Assembly: GCA_024231695.1 (NCBI GenBank)
Contig: JAAEQF010000118.1
Coordinates: 1,086 to 65,085, forward strand
Source of the DNA: FCB group bacterium
GTDB taxonomy: Bacteria; Zixibacteria; MSB-5A5; GN15; JAAZOE01
Direction of reading: 5' to 3'
Length of the DNA: 64,000 nt
A program made the translations under genes and the position numbers. The notes beneath the pieces are model-generated. The model had not been told where the DNA came from, did no database searches, and saw only the letters and a list, made by a program, of their open reading frames with translations. This document shows, in pieces, positions 36,260 through 47,079 of the stretch (position 1 is the first letter of the stretch; each line of letters starts with the position of its first letter).

Positions 36260-36603
36260 TTATCTCAACCAATCGTTGCTCAGCTCAGAACACGCCTGCC
36301 TTGCGCCAAAGCAATGATCCATCGGCACTTAGGCAGTCTTTTCCATCTCTGACAATATCCTAAAATCGACGCTCAAAGTCAAGCCGCATTGTGAAAAATA
36401 TCACTAATCTTCTCCTTTTCCGGCCACTCTCAATGGCTTATGGGATGAGGCTAATGCCTACTTTAAGTCATCTCTCGTAGTTATTGCACTACAACAACAT
36501 ACATGCGTCGCTCGCACAATAATACAGACTCTGTTCCGCATCTTGCCGATTATTGAGAGGGATTAGCCGGGATAATAAATAGATGTAATTAAAACCGAAG
36601 TTT

Positions 36604-37521
36604 TCAGCGATCGCGTGCCGGAAGCAGGTCTGGATTCGATTCTGCGAGTCGTTCCAGATGGGAAATTCCCATCGGGCCGATATAGGTTTCGGTTAGTGAA
36701 TAAACCGGGTCGGCCAGGGCTTGGTCGAGGTCAATGAAACTGTAACCGAGGGTTTGGATTTCTGTCAGCAGTTCGGTCAGAAAGTCGCCATTGATGCGAT
36801 TTGCATGTAAAAGGAGAATATGCTTGACCGAGTGGCCCAGGATTTCATCGGCCAGTTTTTCGGCTTCTTCCAATTGATCGACGATATGGTCCAGATATTC
36901 ATTGCCGATCTGGTCAAAGCGGACTGAATCATCGGACTGGTAAATTTTCTCATACTGCAGATTGAAAGCATAATCGTCGGTATCAACTGAGACATGAGCT
37001 ACACGATATTGCATTTCATTCAGGTATTCAGCAACTGCCTCTTTGGTTTTCAAGCTGTTACCGTAATGCAGATATGGATAACGGAAATACATTCTTTTCT
37101 GACCGGCCTTGACCAGCATATCCTCGATGGTCTTTACTCCGGCAATGATATCCTGAATATATAGCGACGGAGGAACCGTGTTGAGATCGGGATGTGAATT
37201 AGTATGGTATCCGATTATATGCCCTTTGGCCAGCCACGATTCGATCAAGTCAGGATCACCCTCGATATTGTTACCGATGACAAATCCGGCTGCCGGAGCG
37301 TTGAACTCCTCCAGCGCCCCCAGAATCCGATCGGTGATCATCAGCCGCTGAATGCGGTCATGGACTCGTACTACCGGCAGATCGTCGAAGGTGATGCAGA
37401 TTTGTTTGTTGGACTTTTTGGTTTTCTTTTTGGCCGGTTGATCCTGAGACCAGACGACTCCAACCAGAAGAAACAAGGCCAAAAGCAAGAAGGGTATTAT
37501 CGTTATCCGTTTCATATTCAA
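36604..37521 (-). CDS. Polysaccharide deacetylase (NodB homology) family protein
   Basis: Signal peptide, CITFDDLP (TFDD motif), HTNSHPD. Confidence 0.75.
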   Translation of the reverse strand: MNMKRITIIPFLLLALFLLVGVVWSQDQPAKKKTKKSNKQICITFDDLPVVRVHDRIQRLMITDRILGALEEFNAPAAGFVIGNNIEGDPDLIESWLAKGHIIGYHTNSHPDLNTVPPSLYIQDIIAGVKTIEDMLVKAGQKRMYFRYPYLHYGNSLKTKEAVAEYLNEMQYRVAHVSVDTDDYAFNLQYEKIYQSDDSVRFDQIGNEYLDHIVDQLEEAEKLADEILGHSVKHILLLHANRINGDFLTELLTEIQTLGYSFIDLDQALADPVYSLTETYIGPMGISHLERLAESNPDLLPARDR

Positions 37522-37647
37522 TTGTTAAGTCGTAGGGGCATGTTTGTCAATTAAAACAATATCCGGCTAATTAATTGGTTGAATTCTACCCAACTCTTAT
37601 CGTATAATTGTGCAATAAAGAGATTGTCCAGATGAGGTTAAATTGAA

Positions 37648-38487
37648 GTGCGGAGTATAGCGACGCGAATGTTTGTGAATATTTTAATAGCGGTAGCCCT
37701 GATCTATATCGTTATCCTCATTCTCGTCTATGCCCTGCAATCGAACATGGTTTTCTTCCCCTCCCGGAAACTCTATGCCACGCCGCAGGCGGCCGGTCTG
37801 GCTTTCGATAATGTCACTATTCAGACCGAAGACGGCGTTTCGATACACGGCTGGTTTGTCCCGGCCGATTCGGCCCGGGGCACGCTTTTATTTTGCCACG
37901 GCAATGCCGGGAATATTTCCAATCGGATCGAATCGATCGCCCAGTTCAATCGGTTGGGATTGAATGTTTTCATTTTTGATTATCGCGGGTATGGTCAAAG
38001 CGAAGGTAAAACGACAGAAGACGGCACCTATCTGGATGCTGACGCGGCCTGGCAGTATCTGACCTTAACGCGAGGAATTGAACCGCAACAGATTATCGTT
38101 TTCGGCCGATCTTTGGGTGGAGCCATCGCGGCTCAGCTGGCAACGCAAACAAATCCAAAAATCCTAATTGTGGAATCGGCTTTTACTTCCCTACCTGACG
38201 CCGGAGCCAAACATTATCCATTCCTGCCGGTCAGGTTGATGGCTCGATTTAAATTTAACACGAAAGAATATCTCACCCGGATCAATGTTCCGGTTTTGAT
38301 CATCCACAGCTCGGTCGATGACATCATCCCATTTGAATTCGGCCAAAGGCTATTTGAGGCAGCTCACGAACCGAAGCAGTTTCTGGAAATCAACGGCTCG
38401 CACAACGACGGTTACATGGTCTCGGCTGATCAGTATGAAGCCGGTGTAACCGCTTTTCTCGACACCTACCTTAAGCAGAAAAAATAA
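37648..38487 (+). CDS. Alpha/beta hydrolase
   Basis: N-terminal TM, HGNAGN, nucleophile elbow GRSLGG. C-terminal D and H candidates (SVDD, GSHND). Confidence 0.8.
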   Translation: MRSIATRMFVNILIAVALIYIVILILVYALQSNMVFFPSRKLYATPQAAGLAFDNVTIQTEDGVSIHGWFVPADSARGTLLFCHGNAGNISNRIESIAQFNRLGLNVFIFDYRGYGQSEGKTTEDGTYLDADAAWQYLTLTRGIEPQQIIVFGRSLGGAIAAQLATQTNPKILIVESAFTSLPDAGAKHYPFLPVRLMARFKFNTKEYLTRINVPVLIIHSSVDDIIPFEFGQRLFEAAHEPKQFLEINGSHNDGYMVSADQYEAGVTAFLDTYLKQKK

Positions 38488-38494
38488 TATTAAA

Positions 38495-40012
38495 TCAGGG
38501 CTGGGTCCTCGGGCGATAGAGGCGTGGTTCGAATTTCTGATAATGTTTCGCATTTAATGAGTGCATCATTTTATCGTATAACGATGATTCATAACTGCGC
38601 AATGGCTCCAACTGCCCATAACGGCTTTGAAGCGAGTCCAGATATAATTCCAGATCGCCGTCTTTTTGTGGATAAAGCACAAACAGATCAAAAGCGCCTG
38701 CCGCTTGATAGCGAGGCGGCAGACTATTATAAGTAGGCCAATCGCGAATATATAATCTCGTCGGCGGTTTAAATCCTGAGTAGCTTATCGGTATCCAGCG
38801 CCTCATGTCCGGCTGCACAAACATCACCCGTGGTTTGATCTCCATTCGTTCAATCCAAATCAACGGTTCAATCAGACCTTTATGGCCATAGGCCGTAGTG
38901 AAAGGTATTATAAGCAGAAGATTTATTATCAGGGAGATTCCGGCCAGCGAGAGGAAAAGTTTCCGGTTTTTCAGAATATACCCCTTTTCCTGGTAACGAT
39001 GCCATAAAGCCAGAGCCGTCAGTATAAACAGCGCCGGTATGATCGGGAGCATGAATCGTTCCTGCTGATTACTGTGCAGCATATGAAAGACGATGAAAGC
39101 CAGCGTACTGATTACCAGCAGGCGATGCCTTCGCCAAAAAGAGGGCAAAATGGACAAATAACCCAGGACCAACGAAAAAGGCGGAATGAAAAAGCCAAGA
39201 ATCACCAACATATAGACAAACGGCACGGTCACGTAGCGAGCGCCCAGACCGGTGTTAATCATTAGATTATTGATTGTCGAAGAAGCAAATCGGCCGACCA
39301 GAAAATAATCAATTATGCCGGAAAATAGAAGCATGCCCGCCACCGCGGCGGAATAATGAATTGCCGGTCTAATCGAGCGGTATTCATACCAGAGTATAAA
39401 CGGAATCGGTAAAGCCGCGAAAGCCAACTGAAAGCGGATCATCCAAGCCAGTCCGGTCAGCAGACCGGCCAGATAAAGCCGGGAGATTTGAGGTTCGTCG
39501 CGGTAACGATAGAAGAAATATAAGGCTCCAATCCAGATATTGCCTCCAACCATTTCGATCAGATTGCGCACGCCCAGAAACGGCATTCCGAAATGCAGGG
39601 CAACCATCAGACCGCCCAAAACGGCCCACCTGACTCTGCCGGTTTGCCTGCGCAGAATCTGATAAACAACCCATACCGGCAGAAGCGAAATCAGGGCATG
39701 TAGAAAACGGATAGTGTACATCATCTTATCAAGCGCGGTGATTCCAACCAGGGTATGGAGTTTCATCACCCCAAACAGAAACATGGTATAGAGAGGAAAG
39801 CGGCCGATGGTCGAGGCCGGATACTCTTTCCAGCTTAGCCCTCCATCGATGTTCCACAGGCCGTTTTGCAGCCAGAAATAGGCCACGTCCACGCTGTCAT
39901 AATGATCGTCGGAATGGATAAAGCCCTGGGAGAAAATTGCCGCCGTCAGGCGTAAAAGCAGGGCAACAATAATTACTGCGGCCAGAGGATGAGATTTTAT
40001 GTACCTGATCAT
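38495..40012 (-). CDS. GT-C fold membrane glycosyltransferase (GT22/PMT-like)
   Basis: 505 aa with more than 10 TM segments. Acidic loop motif after the first TM (IHSDDHYD). Confidence 0.65.
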   Translation of the reverse strand: MIRYIKSHPLAAVIIVALLLRLTAAIFSQGFIHSDDHYDSVDVAYFWLQNGLWNIDGGLSWKEYPASTIGRFPLYTMFLFGVMKLHTLVGITALDKMMYTIRFLHALISLLPVWVVYQILRRQTGRVRWAVLGGLMVALHFGMPFLGVRNLIEMVGGNIWIGALYFFYRYRDEPQISRLYLAGLLTGLAWMIRFQLAFAALPIPFILWYEYRSIRPAIHYSAAVAGMLLFSGIIDYFLVGRFASSTINNLMINTGLGARYVTVPFVYMLVILGFFIPPFSLVLGYLSILPSFWRRHRLLVISTLAFIVFHMLHSNQQERFMLPIIPALFILTALALWHRYQEKGYILKNRKLFLSLAGISLIINLLLIIPFTTAYGHKGLIEPLIWIERMEIKPRVMFVQPDMRRWIPISYSGFKPPTRLYIRDWPTYNSLPPRYQAAGAFDLFVLYPQKDGDLELYLDSLQSRYGQLEPLRSYESSLYDKMMHSLNAKHYQKFEPRLYRPRTQP

Positions 40013-40170
40013 TTGTTTGCTTTTCCCGGTATCATTAATCCAAGCTGGTCTGCCGACTGTCGATTGTCAAGGAAAAATAAATTTCTGGTAAGGTCTCTCA
40101 CTTTTTGAACTTGTCTTGAGCAAAAATCGTCTTATAATACGTATGGAAAATTGAAACGAAAGATTAGGCC

Positions 40171-40554
40171 ATGAAACGATATACTTCTTTTTTGCTGTTG
40201 ATTGTTTTCTTTGGCGCCGGATGCGACAAAGACGACCCTCTTCCACCTGCACCTCCAACTGCGGATGAGACTCCTCCGACGGTGGAGATTACTACTCCCA
40301 TGGACGGTTATTCATATACTCAGGGCGATATAATTAATATTAAGGCCTCGGCCGATGATAATGTGGCCGTAGTGCGGGTTATCTTTTATCGCGACGGGAT
40401 TTTTATGTTCTCAGATCCTTCAGAGCCATATGAGACCGAGTGGAGCACTAACAAAATTACCAGCACCGGTTCACATATTATTACCGCTCGGGCCTATGAC
40501 CAGGCCGACAACGAAGCGGAATCGGCCGAAGTAAGCATCAACATCTATGAATAG
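40171..40554 (+). CDS. Ig-like domain lipoprotein
   Basis: Lipobox FFGAGC. TVEITTPMDG...ASADDNVAVVRVIFY...TARAYDQADNEAES is typical of Ig-like (chitinase-N/He_PIG-like) domains. Confidence 0.55.
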   Translation: MKRYTSFLLLIVFFGAGCDKDDPLPPAPPTADETPPTVEITTPMDGYSYTQGDIINIKASADDNVAVVRVIFYRDGIFMFSDPSEPYETEWSTNKITSTGSHIITARAYDQADNEAESAEVSINIYE

Positions 40555-40592
40555 CCGGCGCTTGTCGATTTGGGGGATTCTATCTAAAAACG

Positions 40593-40630
40593 GGCCGGGC
40601 CCAATCCGGCCGGGCCACATAGATTTTTTT
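40593..40630 (+). terminator. Possible terminator after the Ig-like gene
   Basis: GC-rich hairpin (GGCCGG / CCGGCC) with a T7 run at 40624-40630. The spacing is loose. Confidence 0.35.
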
Positions 40631-40865
40631 GGACTTCGTGGCCTATTAAATCTGACCGCTGGGCCGGCCCTAATATTAATATCGGCAAATTGCCAGCCGT
40701 TTTTAACCTGCCCGTGAGTCTCACAGACAGCTCATCCGCGTTTTAGACAAGCCTAAACCGACCGTTTTAGTCAGATCAACATTGCCCTTACGACTGGATA
40801 ATAAATAGCGATATTTACAGCGGGTTATTCGGTTTGGGAATTATTTTTGAGTTATGGTATGGATA

Positions 40866-40892
40866 TTAAAAAGGCCGGCTAAAAAGCCGGCC
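40866..40892. terminator. Bidirectional rho-independent terminator (ends the pilin-like gene)
   Basis: GGCCGGCT-AAAA-AGCCGGCC 8-bp stem, with an A-run upstream and a T-rich run downstream. Confidence 0.65.
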
Positions 40893-40925
40893 TTTCTGAT
40901 TTTCGCTGTGGAATATACGTCCGAA

Positions 40926-41414
40926 TTACCAGCTATAGGCGTAGGTTGGAGTAGTGGTCAACTTAAGACCGACCGTATCAGTTCCATCAATAACCGCCTG
41001 GACCTGATAAATAATGAATTGCTCGCCGCCTGAGGTCCAGCCACCGGTTATGGACGCCGTCGGATTGTACATAATCCAACCGCCGGATGGACGCCAGGAC
41101 CAGGTTCCGTCCGGAGTGTTTGCCGGATTGATCGGGTCGAGAGTCCCGTTATAATTGCTCGGGCTATTGGATAAATCATCGAACGGATTATGAGGCGCAA
41201 TCTGCTGGCCATTCATGAACTGTTTGGCCACATGGATGGCCAGAGATGATTCAAGAGTTGATCTCATGTTGTCCACCGCCGCCTTTTCGGCTTCCTCGGT
41301 GATCATAAATAGCCTGGGTAATGCGACTGCCGCCAAAATACCCAAAACTACAATGATGATGACCAATTCAATAAGTGTAAAACCCGGATTTTCTAATTTG
41401 TTCCTCAAACCCAT
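40926..41414 (-). CDS. Type IV pilin / type II secretion pseudopilin-like protein
   Basis: Prepilin N-terminus: G|FTLIELVIIIVVLGILAAVALP. Confidence 0.8.
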   Translation of the reverse strand: MGLRNKLENPGFTLIELVIIIVVLGILAAVALPRLFMITEEAEKAAVDNMRSTLESSLAIHVAKQFMNGQQIAPHNPFDDLSNSPSNYNGTLDPINPANTPDGTWSWRPSGGWIMYNPTASITGGWTSGGEQFIIYQVQAVIDGTDTVGLKLTTTPTYAYSW

Positions 41415-41553
41415 TGCCAGCCTCCTCTTATATAAGGACTAACGCTTGTATTGTCACTATATCGGAACTTATTCCGGTATCTTAACCACTATCGACATTT
41501 ATATAATTCAGCCGGACAACAGCTTACTTAGTCCAACAGAATTGAATCAGACT

Positions 41554-42756
41554 CTAAACTGCCGCGGTACAGAAGTTCCGCAAATCCTCCAATTGATCCT
41601 TAAGATTCAGTTGGTCCAAATACTCCAGATCAACCGCCGAAAGCTTATCATCCCTAACATTATTGATCTGGTCGTAATCAAGGGCATACGCCAGATGAAC
41701 TGTGGTCAATGTGTTGATGATCGGGCTGGGAGTTTGATTGGGATCATAATGCAGAGCTACAGCCTCAAGAATCGAATCCGGCAAACCCCACAGAGACAGT
41801 AGATAGGCTCCCATCTGAGCGTCGCTGACTCCAAGAACCTCTTTCTCCGCAGCATGCAAAGTTATTTTTTTCTCCTGCGATATTTTTGCCGCTTCCATCA
41901 GTTCGTCCGGGAAATAGCCGAGCATGACCAACTTACCAACGTCGTGAAGCATTCCGGCCATGAGCGCTGAATCGCTTTCTCGTCTGTCCAACCCAAAAGC
42001 AGTAGCCGTCAATCTGGCGCCGGCTCCGACCGCCATACTGCGATCATAAATCGCTTCGCAGGAGAAACCGGGCAGATTGTCGGCTTTCAACTGGTTGAAA
42101 GTCCCTGCGGCCATAACTACACTTTTAACCGTATCCAGGCCCAACAGATTGACCGCGTGCATCGGACTTTCCACATGAGTTTGCAGACCAAAATAGGCTG
42201 AGTTGACAATCTGTAGAAGCTTGGCCGTAATACCGACGTCCTGCTTGATAATATCAGATATTTTCTGAATGGTCACATTTTCCGACTGAAATTCTCCGAC
42301 CAGTTTTTTATAAATTTCTGGCGGACTGGGCAACGAATCAATGGCCGAAATCCGGTCGAGCAGATTCTTGTCTGATAGTATTTTTCTTATCCCGAGGGAA
42401 TTATCAATCAATTTGGCGAATTTATCTACTGGAATTGACCGAGGTACACATTGATGAGCGTAGGCCATAGCTCTCGTAATGGCCTCACGATTATCGCTAT
42501 CCGACACAATATAGCGTGTCGTTCCCGGGTAAAGCTCCCGAATAGTTTTGAGCATGTCAATGCCGTCTATTCCCGGTCCTTCCATTTCACTGATCACAAC
42601 GTCAAAAGGGCCGTCTTCGGCCAGTATGGCCAGCGCCTGTTCACAATCGGCGGCAGAGTTCGATACCCATTCTTCCGTAGAATTAATAAGCAAGTCGGTC
42701 AATTTCGAATGGGCAGTGTTCTCTCTGTTTACAAACAAAATTCGCCTTTGGGGCAT
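41554..42756 (-). CDS. Response-regulator receiver plus HDOD domain protein
   Basis: Start at the Met preceded by AGGGAGGA. Receiver-like N-terminus (ILFVNREN...DVVISEMEGPGIDG). HDOD-like LLHDVGKLVM. Confidence 0.8.
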   Translation of the reverse strand: MPQRRILFVNRENTAHSKLTDLLINSTEEWVSNSAADCEQALAILAEDGPFDVVISEMEGPGIDGIDMLKTIRELYPGTTRYIVSDSDNREAITRAMAYAHQCVPRSIPVDKFAKLIDNSLGIRKILSDKNLLDRISAIDSLPSPPEIYKKLVGEFQSENVTIQKISDIIKQDVGITAKLLQIVNSAYFGLQTHVESPMHAVNLLGLDTVKSVVMAAGTFNQLKADNLPGFSCEAIYDRSMAVGAGARLTATAFGLDRRESDSALMAGMLHDVGKLVMLGYFPDELMEAAKISQEKKITLHAAEKEVLGVSDAQMGAYLLSLWGLPDSILEAVALHYDPNQTPSPIINTLTTVHLAYALDYDQINNVRDDKLSAVDLEYLDQLNLKDQLEDLRNFCTAAV

Positions 42757-42999
42757 TGGATCCTCCCTATACAATTCTTTTAAAATAACATAGCCATGCC
42801 ATCTTCAGAGTTGCAATATTACGTTATATGGTCGATACGAAAATGGCGGCGGGAGAAGCGATGATCGCTGAAACAGTCCGGCGCGACTGCTTCACCCGGC
42901 CATGTTTACTCTATCGGAAGGATCGCCGGATTATTAATCTATCATTCGATAATCGGCGAAAAAGAAGATGTTTTTTGTCGTATAAGCGCCAACTGCTTC

Positions 43000-44562
43000 C
43001 TAGATCAGTATCAACTTGTCCCGATCGAGCATATACAACCGGTCGGCGATGTTTTCGACAAAGGCACGATCATGGCTGATGATCAAATATCCTCCACTAA
43101 AATCACGCAATATCCTCTCCAGTATCTCAATCGATTCGATATCAAGATGCGAGGTTGGTTCATCAAGGAAAAGAAACTCTGCTTTTAGAAGCAAACACTT
43201 GACAATCGCCGCGCGCATCAGCTCCCCATAGGAAAAATTGCCAACCGACTCGCGGACTTTGTCTTTCCGGATCAGCGCCGCTCCGAGGTATTGACGAATA
43301 GTAGTTTCATCAACGCCGCAATCACTGAAATTACCAAGAAGAGAGCTCTGGTTGAAAAAGCCGGCCAAACCCTGGGGGATAACAGCAGACGGCACACTGT
43401 CGTTTAGAATTGCCTGCCCATGAAGTGGCTGCAATTGTTTTCGGATTAGCCTGACCAGTGTTGATTTGCCGGAGCCGTTGGCTCCCATCAGGCAGATTTT
43501 ATCCCGTGTTGATCCCGCCAATGAGATATCTTTAAGCAGGTAATTCCTCGGTAAGCCGGAAGCGAATTCTGTGTCGGAGGAATAAGCATACGCCAGATCC
43601 TCCAGACTGAAAACCTGCCGGTTGGCAATTGGATAGGAAGGCAGGCTGAGATTCAGTTTGCGCGGTAACCGAGGTTTTGCTTCTTCCAGTTTTCCCAAAG
43701 CCTGCTCTGCGCGCTTCTGCGCGGCTTTGGCCCGTTTGGCCATTTTCTTGGACAATTTGGCAAAATAAGGTTTAGCAGCACCGCCACCGATTTTACGCTT
43801 TTCACTTTTGGCCGACCAACCTGCTTTTTGGCGCATATCATCCTGCAATTGCCGAATCTTGCGGCCGATATCTTTGACTTGTCGTGAGCGTGAATCCAGA
43901 TCGTTCCGCCGAACTGAAAAAACAGCCGTTGCTCCTCCGACCGAATGATATATCCCATGCGTGGTCAACAACACTGTTTTGTCGGCCAGGTTGTCGGTCA
44001 TGGTTCGATCATGAGTAATCAGGATTATCCCTTTGCCCTGTTTTTTCAATCTTTCGATATGAGCTTCGAAAGCGGTAATTCCGGCAATATCAAGATAATT
44101 GGTCGGTTCATCAAACAGATAAAGATCATAATCGCTGGCAATGGCTCGGACGATAGCCAGTTTCTGCCGTTCACCTTCGGAAAGCCGGCTGACTTTTTCC
44201 GCCTCAATTTTAAAATCAAAATCGCGGCCAAGCCGTTCAATATCTCCGGCCCGTATAGACTGGTTTTTATCATTCAGGATGGAAGCGACATCATCTATAT
44301 ATTGCGGCAGATAACCGATTAATAATCCCGAGGAAGCCGCAAAGCCACCCGTCACGTCCATAATGCCGGCATCGGCTTTATGACGTTCGCCGCCAATACG
44401 GGCCAAAATCTCCTGTAGAAGGCTCGATTTACCGCAACCATTGGCCCCTACCAGGGCAATTAGCTCACCTCGTTCAACCGATAGTGATAATCCTTCAAAT
44501 AGAGTTTTGTCTAGAGTGGAAATGGAAACGTTCTTTAGATTGATCAGCATCTCCGATGACAT
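43000..44562 (-). CDS. ABC-F family ATPase (two ABC domains, no TM)
   Basis: Two Walker A motifs (GANGCGKSS, GANGSGKST), two signature/Walker B sets, and a basic coiled linker. Start at the Met after GGAGG. Confidence 0.85.
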   Translation of the reverse strand: MSSEMLINLKNVSISTLDKTLFEGLSLSVERGELIALVGANGCGKSSLLQEILARIGGERHKADAGIMDVTGGFAASSGLLIGYLPQYIDDVASILNDKNQSIRAGDIERLGRDFDFKIEAEKVSRLSEGERQKLAIVRAIASDYDLYLFDEPTNYLDIAGITAFEAHIERLKKQGKGIILITHDRTMTDNLADKTVLLTTHGIYHSVGGATAVFSVRRNDLDSRSRQVKDIGRKIRQLQDDMRQKAGWSAKSEKRKIGGGAAKPYFAKLSKKMAKRAKAAQKRAEQALGKLEEAKPRLPRKLNLSLPSYPIANRQVFSLEDLAYAYSSDTEFASGLPRNYLLKDISLAGSTRDKICLMGANGSGKSTLVRLIRKQLQPLHGQAILNDSVPSAVIPQGLAGFFNQSSLLGNFSDCGVDETTIRQYLGAALIRKDKVRESVGNFSYGELMRAAIVKCLLLKAEFLFLDEPTSHLDIESIEILERILRDFSGGYLIISHDRAFVENIADRLYMLDRDKLILI

Positions 44563-44746
44563 ACCGACACCTCCGCATGGAATAGTTTTCCCGCCTGAAA
44601 TATCCGGCGGTTTTTCGATTCGGATGAGCCATTGGACTAATCTCCGAATCGTCATCATTTGTCGGGATGTAGATGCTGGTTACATCAGGGCTGCTCCTTT
44701 AGAGGTCAATTACAAGATAAGCAATAATTGGTCTTTGTAAATCGAT

Positions 44747-45826
44747 TTATTCGCCCGCTTTATCGTTTTGTTCCTTTTCCCGCCTTTCGATAATTTCGGC
44801 CAGTCTCTTCTTTCGTGTTTCCAGTTTTGCGATCTCATCATCGAGTTCGCTTTCGACTCGGTTGTTCCCGGATTTATCGCGACGCTCCTTGAGTGACCCA
44901 ATCTGAGACCCCAAATCCTCGGAGTACTCCCTAAGCTTTTCCATTGATTCCGCTTGCTCGGCCTTGTCGAAAACCATATCCTCTGGGATCGTCTGTTCTT
45001 CATCATCTGTTTTCAGCGCCGGCGATTTCGGCACAAATCGCCGCCCGTCGGGTATCGCCCGTGTATTCATGAATGTCGGCGAGACAATTTCAACGCCGTT
45101 TTTATGCAAGATATCAAGCATCGATTCGCGCAGACGGGAACGGGCGCTGATAATATGTCGTACCTTGGTCAAAAGACCGGAGACGCGGTAATTGACTGAA
45201 AAATCACCCAGGTCCATGACGCGCACAAACGGTTCCTCTAATTCAGCCCCTTCGGCCGCTTCATGCAAAAGTCGTTCGACAATGCTCCGATGAATATCAT
45301 AACCCAGCGACACATCGGCCGAGATTATCGTTCCCGATGAACGGATCACTTTTACCGGATTAGTCACCAAATATAGATTGGGCAGAGTAGTCAAGTTCCG
45401 ATCCTCGCCCTGTATCTCTACATGAAATAGTCCCTGGTCCGAAACCCGCCCGAAATAATCCCCGACCCGGATAAAATTTCCCGGTCGAAAATTGCGCAAA
45501 GCCCTAATCATCAACCCGGCCATAATGTTGCCCAGGAATGTTGTCGAGGACAAGGCGATGGCGGCACTGAGAATCAGGCCAATCAGGGATAATAATTGCC
45601 CGCGCGGCTGATGCTCTATCGGCAGGATCATGATGACTATCAGCAAACCGGCAAAGGACAATAACAGCGTGATGACCTGCCGCCGAAAGTGTTGACCGGT
45701 GGCTCCGCTGTATTTTTTCTCTAAAAAGAGACGGGCTCCAAAAATAAACATTAAAATCACAAACAGTGCCACGCCGGATGGTATCCACTCGCGAATATTA
45801 TCGTAAAATTGCTGTACTATTTCCAT
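44747..45826 (-). CDS. Mechanosensitive ion channel (MscS family) with a coiled C-terminal extension
   Basis: Three TM helices, then the MscS beta-domain pattern (FRPGNFIRVGDYFGRVSDQGLFHVEI). Confidence 0.8.
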   Translation of the reverse strand: MEIVQQFYDNIREWIPSGVALFVILMFIFGARLFLEKKYSGATGQHFRRQVITLLLSFAGLLIVIMILPIEHQPRGQLLSLIGLILSAAIALSSTTFLGNIMAGLMIRALRNFRPGNFIRVGDYFGRVSDQGLFHVEIQGEDRNLTTLPNLYLVTNPVKVIRSSGTIISADVSLGYDIHRSIVERLLHEAAEGAELEEPFVRVMDLGDFSVNYRVSGLLTKVRHIISARSRLRESMLDILHKNGVEIVSPTFMNTRAIPDGRRFVPKSPALKTDDEEQTIPEDMVFDKAEQAESMEKLREYSEDLGSQIGSLKERRDKSGNNRVESELDDEIAKLETRKKRLAEIIERREKEQNDKAGE

Positions 45827-45909
45827 TGGTCACTTCTCCCCTGCTGTTTGCTCCAAGAAAGGCAGGCACATCCTCCGAGTCAACTTAAACAACGGATTTG
45901 ACCAGTCAC

Positions 45910-45938
45910 AAAAAAGACCCCGACGGAATGTCGGGGTC
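45910..45938 (-). terminator. Rho-independent terminator after the GYD gene
   Basis: GACCCCGAC-GGAAT-GTCGGGGTC 9-bp stem, followed by T6 on the minus strand. Confidence 0.7.
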
Positions 45939-46137
45939 AGTGTGTTATTGAAGCAACTCAGGAGAATCATCGAACATCACTGTGATGCCCAATGATATTT
46001 TTATAGAATCTATTGGTGACCGTCAAAGATTACATATTTATAATCGGCCACTATTCATTACGCTTTAGCGTTTTAATCATTTTTACCATACTCCGCTGAC
46101 TGCTTATATTAGACGTATATGGTCGCTATACATCTAT

Positions 46138-46434
46138 TTACAACTCCTCGGTCAGTTCGATAAACCGTTTGTATTCAATGGCCGTCCAGCTTTGGGCCTG
46201 AAAGGCTCCGTTGGCCAGACTGATCATTGATACTTTGGCGGCCACCTCTGGGTTGGGCGCCTGATAAACGCTAAGAAAATCGAAAGATCCCAGAAGGGCA
46301 TAGTGAGCGACAAATTTGACTTCCGGGCAGGATTCCCGTACCTGATTCATCCATGTCTGCCCTTGTTTGGCGCGATCTTTTACCTGGCTACCTGCTTCCG
46401 AAGCCAGTTTGGTCATCAAGATAAATGTTTGCAT
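46138..46434 (-). CDS. GYD-domain protein
   Basis: Start at MQTFILMTK after AGGAGA. About 98 aa with GSFDFLSVYQAPN (a GYD-like core). Confidence 0.6.
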   Translation of the reverse strand: MQTFILMTKLASEAGSQVKDRAKQGQTWMNQVRESCPEVKFVAHYALLGSFDFLSVYQAPNPEVAAKVSMISLANGAFQAQSWTAIEYKRFIELTEEL

Positions 46435-46739
46435 GATATATGTCTCCTGTATTGAATTGCCCGAACGAAAACTGAGTCCTATAAACAATACGGCAAAAAA
46501 AGTCAATTATAGAACGATTTCGCAATAATTGCGCCACATATTCTGCGCTCCGACTAGTTGAAACTGCGGAAAATTGTCGGCTTGTCATCATCATCCCCGT
46601 CTTTCCTCACCATATTAGTTAGACAGTCTTTATTCTTGACATATATAACCGGTCTCCTATATTCAGATTGTGAATCAAGCATCCGACTGATCGACATCCG
46701 AAGCAATAAAAGGCGAAATATCATTAAGAGGGAGGCAAT

Positions 46740-47078
46740 ATGAAATTTTTAATTTTGGCAATGATTTTCATTTTGCTGTTTCCGGCATTCACCGAAGCTG
46801 GAGTGATTTACGGCAAAATTACCAAATCGGGAAGATCGATAGGCGCGAATGTGAAGGTGGAGATCTATCACATCAGAACTGAAACGACATACCCTGGAAA
46901 GACTAACAATTTGGGCGTTTACCGGATTAATGTACCACACGCTGGTGATTGCAAATTAACAATTAAGGGTGGGTCATTCGACCGGTCCATGGACGTTACA
47001 TCCTTCAGAGACTCAAACAAAGTCGATGTCGTAATCTATCGTGACAAAAAGGGAGTTTACCAAATAAAAAGGAAATAG
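46740..47078 (+). CDS. Small secreted beta-sandwich-like protein (carboxypeptidase-regulatory-like?)
   Basis: Signal peptide MKFLILAMIFILLFPAFTEA, then GVIYGKITK...ANVKVEIY. Confidence 0.45.
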   Translation: MKFLILAMIFILLFPAFTEAGVIYGKITKSGRSIGANVKVEIYHIRTETTYPGKTNNLGVYRINVPHAGDCKLTIKGGSFDRSMDVTSFRDSNKVDVVIYRDKKGVYQIKRK

Positions 47079-47079
47079 T

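Noticed and set aside
42828-43079. 83-aa ORF in the RR-HDOD / ABC-F intergenic region.
   Set aside because: It is Arg-rich, has no RBS, and overlaps the 3' end of the ABC-F gene on the other strand.
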